Shown here: one piece after another, positions 61,901-64,000 of the stretch
Numbering within the stretch: the first letter of the stretch is position 1
Layout of the letters: each line of letters opens with the position of its first letter
NCBI GenBank assembly: GCA_043228905.1
Contig: JBHGNT010000012.1
Coordinates: 21,204,001-21,268,000, forward strand
Length of the DNA: 64,000 nucleotides
Source of the DNA: Azolla caroliniana
Lineage: Eukaryota; Plantae; Polypodiophyta
Reading direction: 5' to 3'
Program-made: the position numbers and the translations under genes
Notes under the pieces: generated by a model
The model's database searches: none
The model's input: only the letters and a program-made list of their open reading frames with translations
Told to the model about the DNA's origin: nothing

Positions 61901-64000
61901 TATATCTGAGGAATATGCAAGGCCGAGACTTTGGATCCAACTTTGCTCTCCCGTCCTTTGCAACATGCACGTAAGCGAGACACCCGAACACCTTTAGATG
62001 CCGGTAAGACACTTCCTTACCGGTCCACACTCTCTGCAGCGTGTCTCCGTCCAAGGGCACTGAGGGTGATCTGTTTATCACGTACGTCGCTATCGTAAGT
62101 GCCTCAACCCAAAACGTCTTGGGTAACTTGGCATGTGCTAGCATACTCCGGACCCTCTCCATTATGGTCCGGTTCATCCTCTCGGCCAGCCCATTGAGTG
62201 ATGGCGTCTTTTGCACGGTAAATTCAAGCCGGATTCCCTTCGAGCAGCAGTACTCCCGGTATTCTCCTCCGTTATTTGCTCGAACCGCCTTCAGATTCTG
62301 GCCGGTTTCATCGGTATGCACTACCTCCAGTGGTGCATTAGGTCTCATCAGTGGCCTTGAGTAGAAGGAGGTCCGGTTTTGCATACCAGCCAGGTAGTCG
62401 GTGCACTTCTCAAGATGCATGTCTTTCACCAGAATGAGGTTGTCATCGGCAAGCCTCTTCATCCCCTTCTCGCTCATGTGACACAGTCTCTTGTGCCACA
62501 AGCTCACTGGCAGTGTCGGATGCAACATTCACTTCTTCCAGGCATAACTGGGCATTCATTAGGTACAGAGTGTTGACTTTCAGGGCCCGAGCCACTATTA
62601 GGCTCCCTTTGCTGAACTTCATGACTCTGTTCCGGATGCTACCCGTGTAGCCTTCATCATCTAGCCGACCGGCTGATATTAGGTTCAGTAGAACCTCCGG
62701 AACGTGTCGGACATCCTTCAGCAGCAACTTGCATCCGGTTGGTGTTGTCAACCACACATCTCCTATGTTGACAATTCAACATGTACCTTCATTCCCCATC
62801 CGGACACAACCGTGCTCACCGGCTATGTAGGATTAGAAGCATTTCCGGTCCGGGGTCCGGTGGAACGACACTCCAGAATCGACAACCCACGTTGTCTCAT
62901 CATCGGCAAGGTACAACTCACTCTCCTCGGTGATGAGTATCAACTCTTCTTCACTTGCCGCGATTGCCGTCATTCCCTTCCTGTCCGGTCCCCTCCGGTC
63001 TTTACCGTTCCGATCTGGTGACCGCTTCGAATCGGTACTATCAGTTTCCTTGTCTTTCCGGAAATGCTGACAGTTCTTTTGGAAGTGTCTCGGCTTGCTG
63101 CAATAGAAGCAAGTATGCCTCCCCCTTGACTTTGACCGTGTCCTCGACTTTTCCCAGTTCTGGGGACTACGGTTCCTTTGTCTTCCACGTTCCGATTCGG
63201 TAAGGAGCGCTTTGGGGTCAGAGATCACCTCCTTGTCTTTCCGACGCGCCTCCTCATCTAGAAAGCTCGACTTGACTCTTGCTAGGGATAACTATTTTCC
63301 TTCCGGCCCGGCGTTGCCCAAAGTGACAACTAACGTCTCCCAACTATCCAGGAGGGAACCGAGTAGGAGTAATGCTAGTACCTCATCGATGAGAGGTACT
63401 TCCAATGATGTTGCCTGGTGTATCAGCCCCTGGAAGGCATTCATGTGCTCCGCCATACTGGAGCCATCTTGGTATCAGAGTCTTACTAGCTTCCGGAATA
63501 CCGAAACCCGATTAGCAACATTTTTGTTCTGAAACATAATGTCGTTCTTCTCCCAAAGGTCATGAGCCTTACTTTCTTCATTGAAGTTGTTGTACAGACT
63601 CATGTCGATGAAGCACCGTATGTATGCCGTTGTCTTCATGTGCATCACCTCCCATATCGTGGCATCGATCTTGTCCAATCTCTTGTCCCCGAACTGAACC
63701 GGCAACAAAAGGTCTTTAACCACGAGCATGTCCCTCGTCTTTGACTTCCACACTAAGTAGTTGGAGCCAGTTAGCTTGAACATGCCTCCCAACGAATCTT
63801 CCATTTTCTGTGTCGTTTCGCTCTGATACCAGATTGACGCGAAATATGCGGAATATTACTCGGCCACAACCGAGTCTCAGATCGTGTCATTTCGAATCGA
63901 ACACCGAGAATGGGAATGGAGGTGAATACACGTACACACAGACAATATGAGAGAGGGTACACAATATGAGAGAGGGTACCACAGGCGATCGAATGGTGAG
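61900..64000 (-). mobile_element. Ty1/copia 5' half: LTR end (63835 to window edge), tRNA-iMet PBS, gag, protease, integrase; degenerate
   Basis: PBS TGGTATCAGAGC at 63831-63820. gag ATG at 63804, knuckle CFYCSKPRHFQKNC, WVVDSGVSFH, LWHKRLCHMS, NGLAERMNRT, KLDPKSRPCIFL. Confidence 0.93.

Noticed and set aside
61476-62528. 350-aa ORF as a novel integrase fusion protein
   Set aside because: Copia integrase reading through the junction into the antisense strand of the acidic gypsy ORF.

Overview
Land-plant nuclear DNA, AT-rich. A non-seed plant such as a fern is my guess from the retroelement families, not something the sequence proves. Three intact-looking host genes were hand-spliced from the sequence: an intronless PHT1 phosphate/H+ symporter (+), a 21-exon plasma-membrane H+-ATPase (-, 957 aa) converging on it, and a 19-exon RAD5/RAD16-type SNF2 helicase-RING gene (-, ~1268 aa). 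The helicase has atypical motifs, a Phe-periodic disordered N-terminus, and a long uORF-studded leader under a perfect ERSE-type element. Between PHT1 and the ATPase lies a ~1.05-kb tandem array of ten tRNA-Pro-derived units: one looks intact, several have altered anticodons, and they are separated by a conserved hairpin-capable spacer. The rest is retroelement-derived. It includes copia and L1 fragments at the left end, very old unresolvable LTR remnants at ~20-35 kb, a 5'-truncated L1 stub with TSD, and a nested copia/gypsy block at 48.7-64 kb with tRNA-Trp-primed gypsy elements. No database searches were run; family calls rest on motif recognition.
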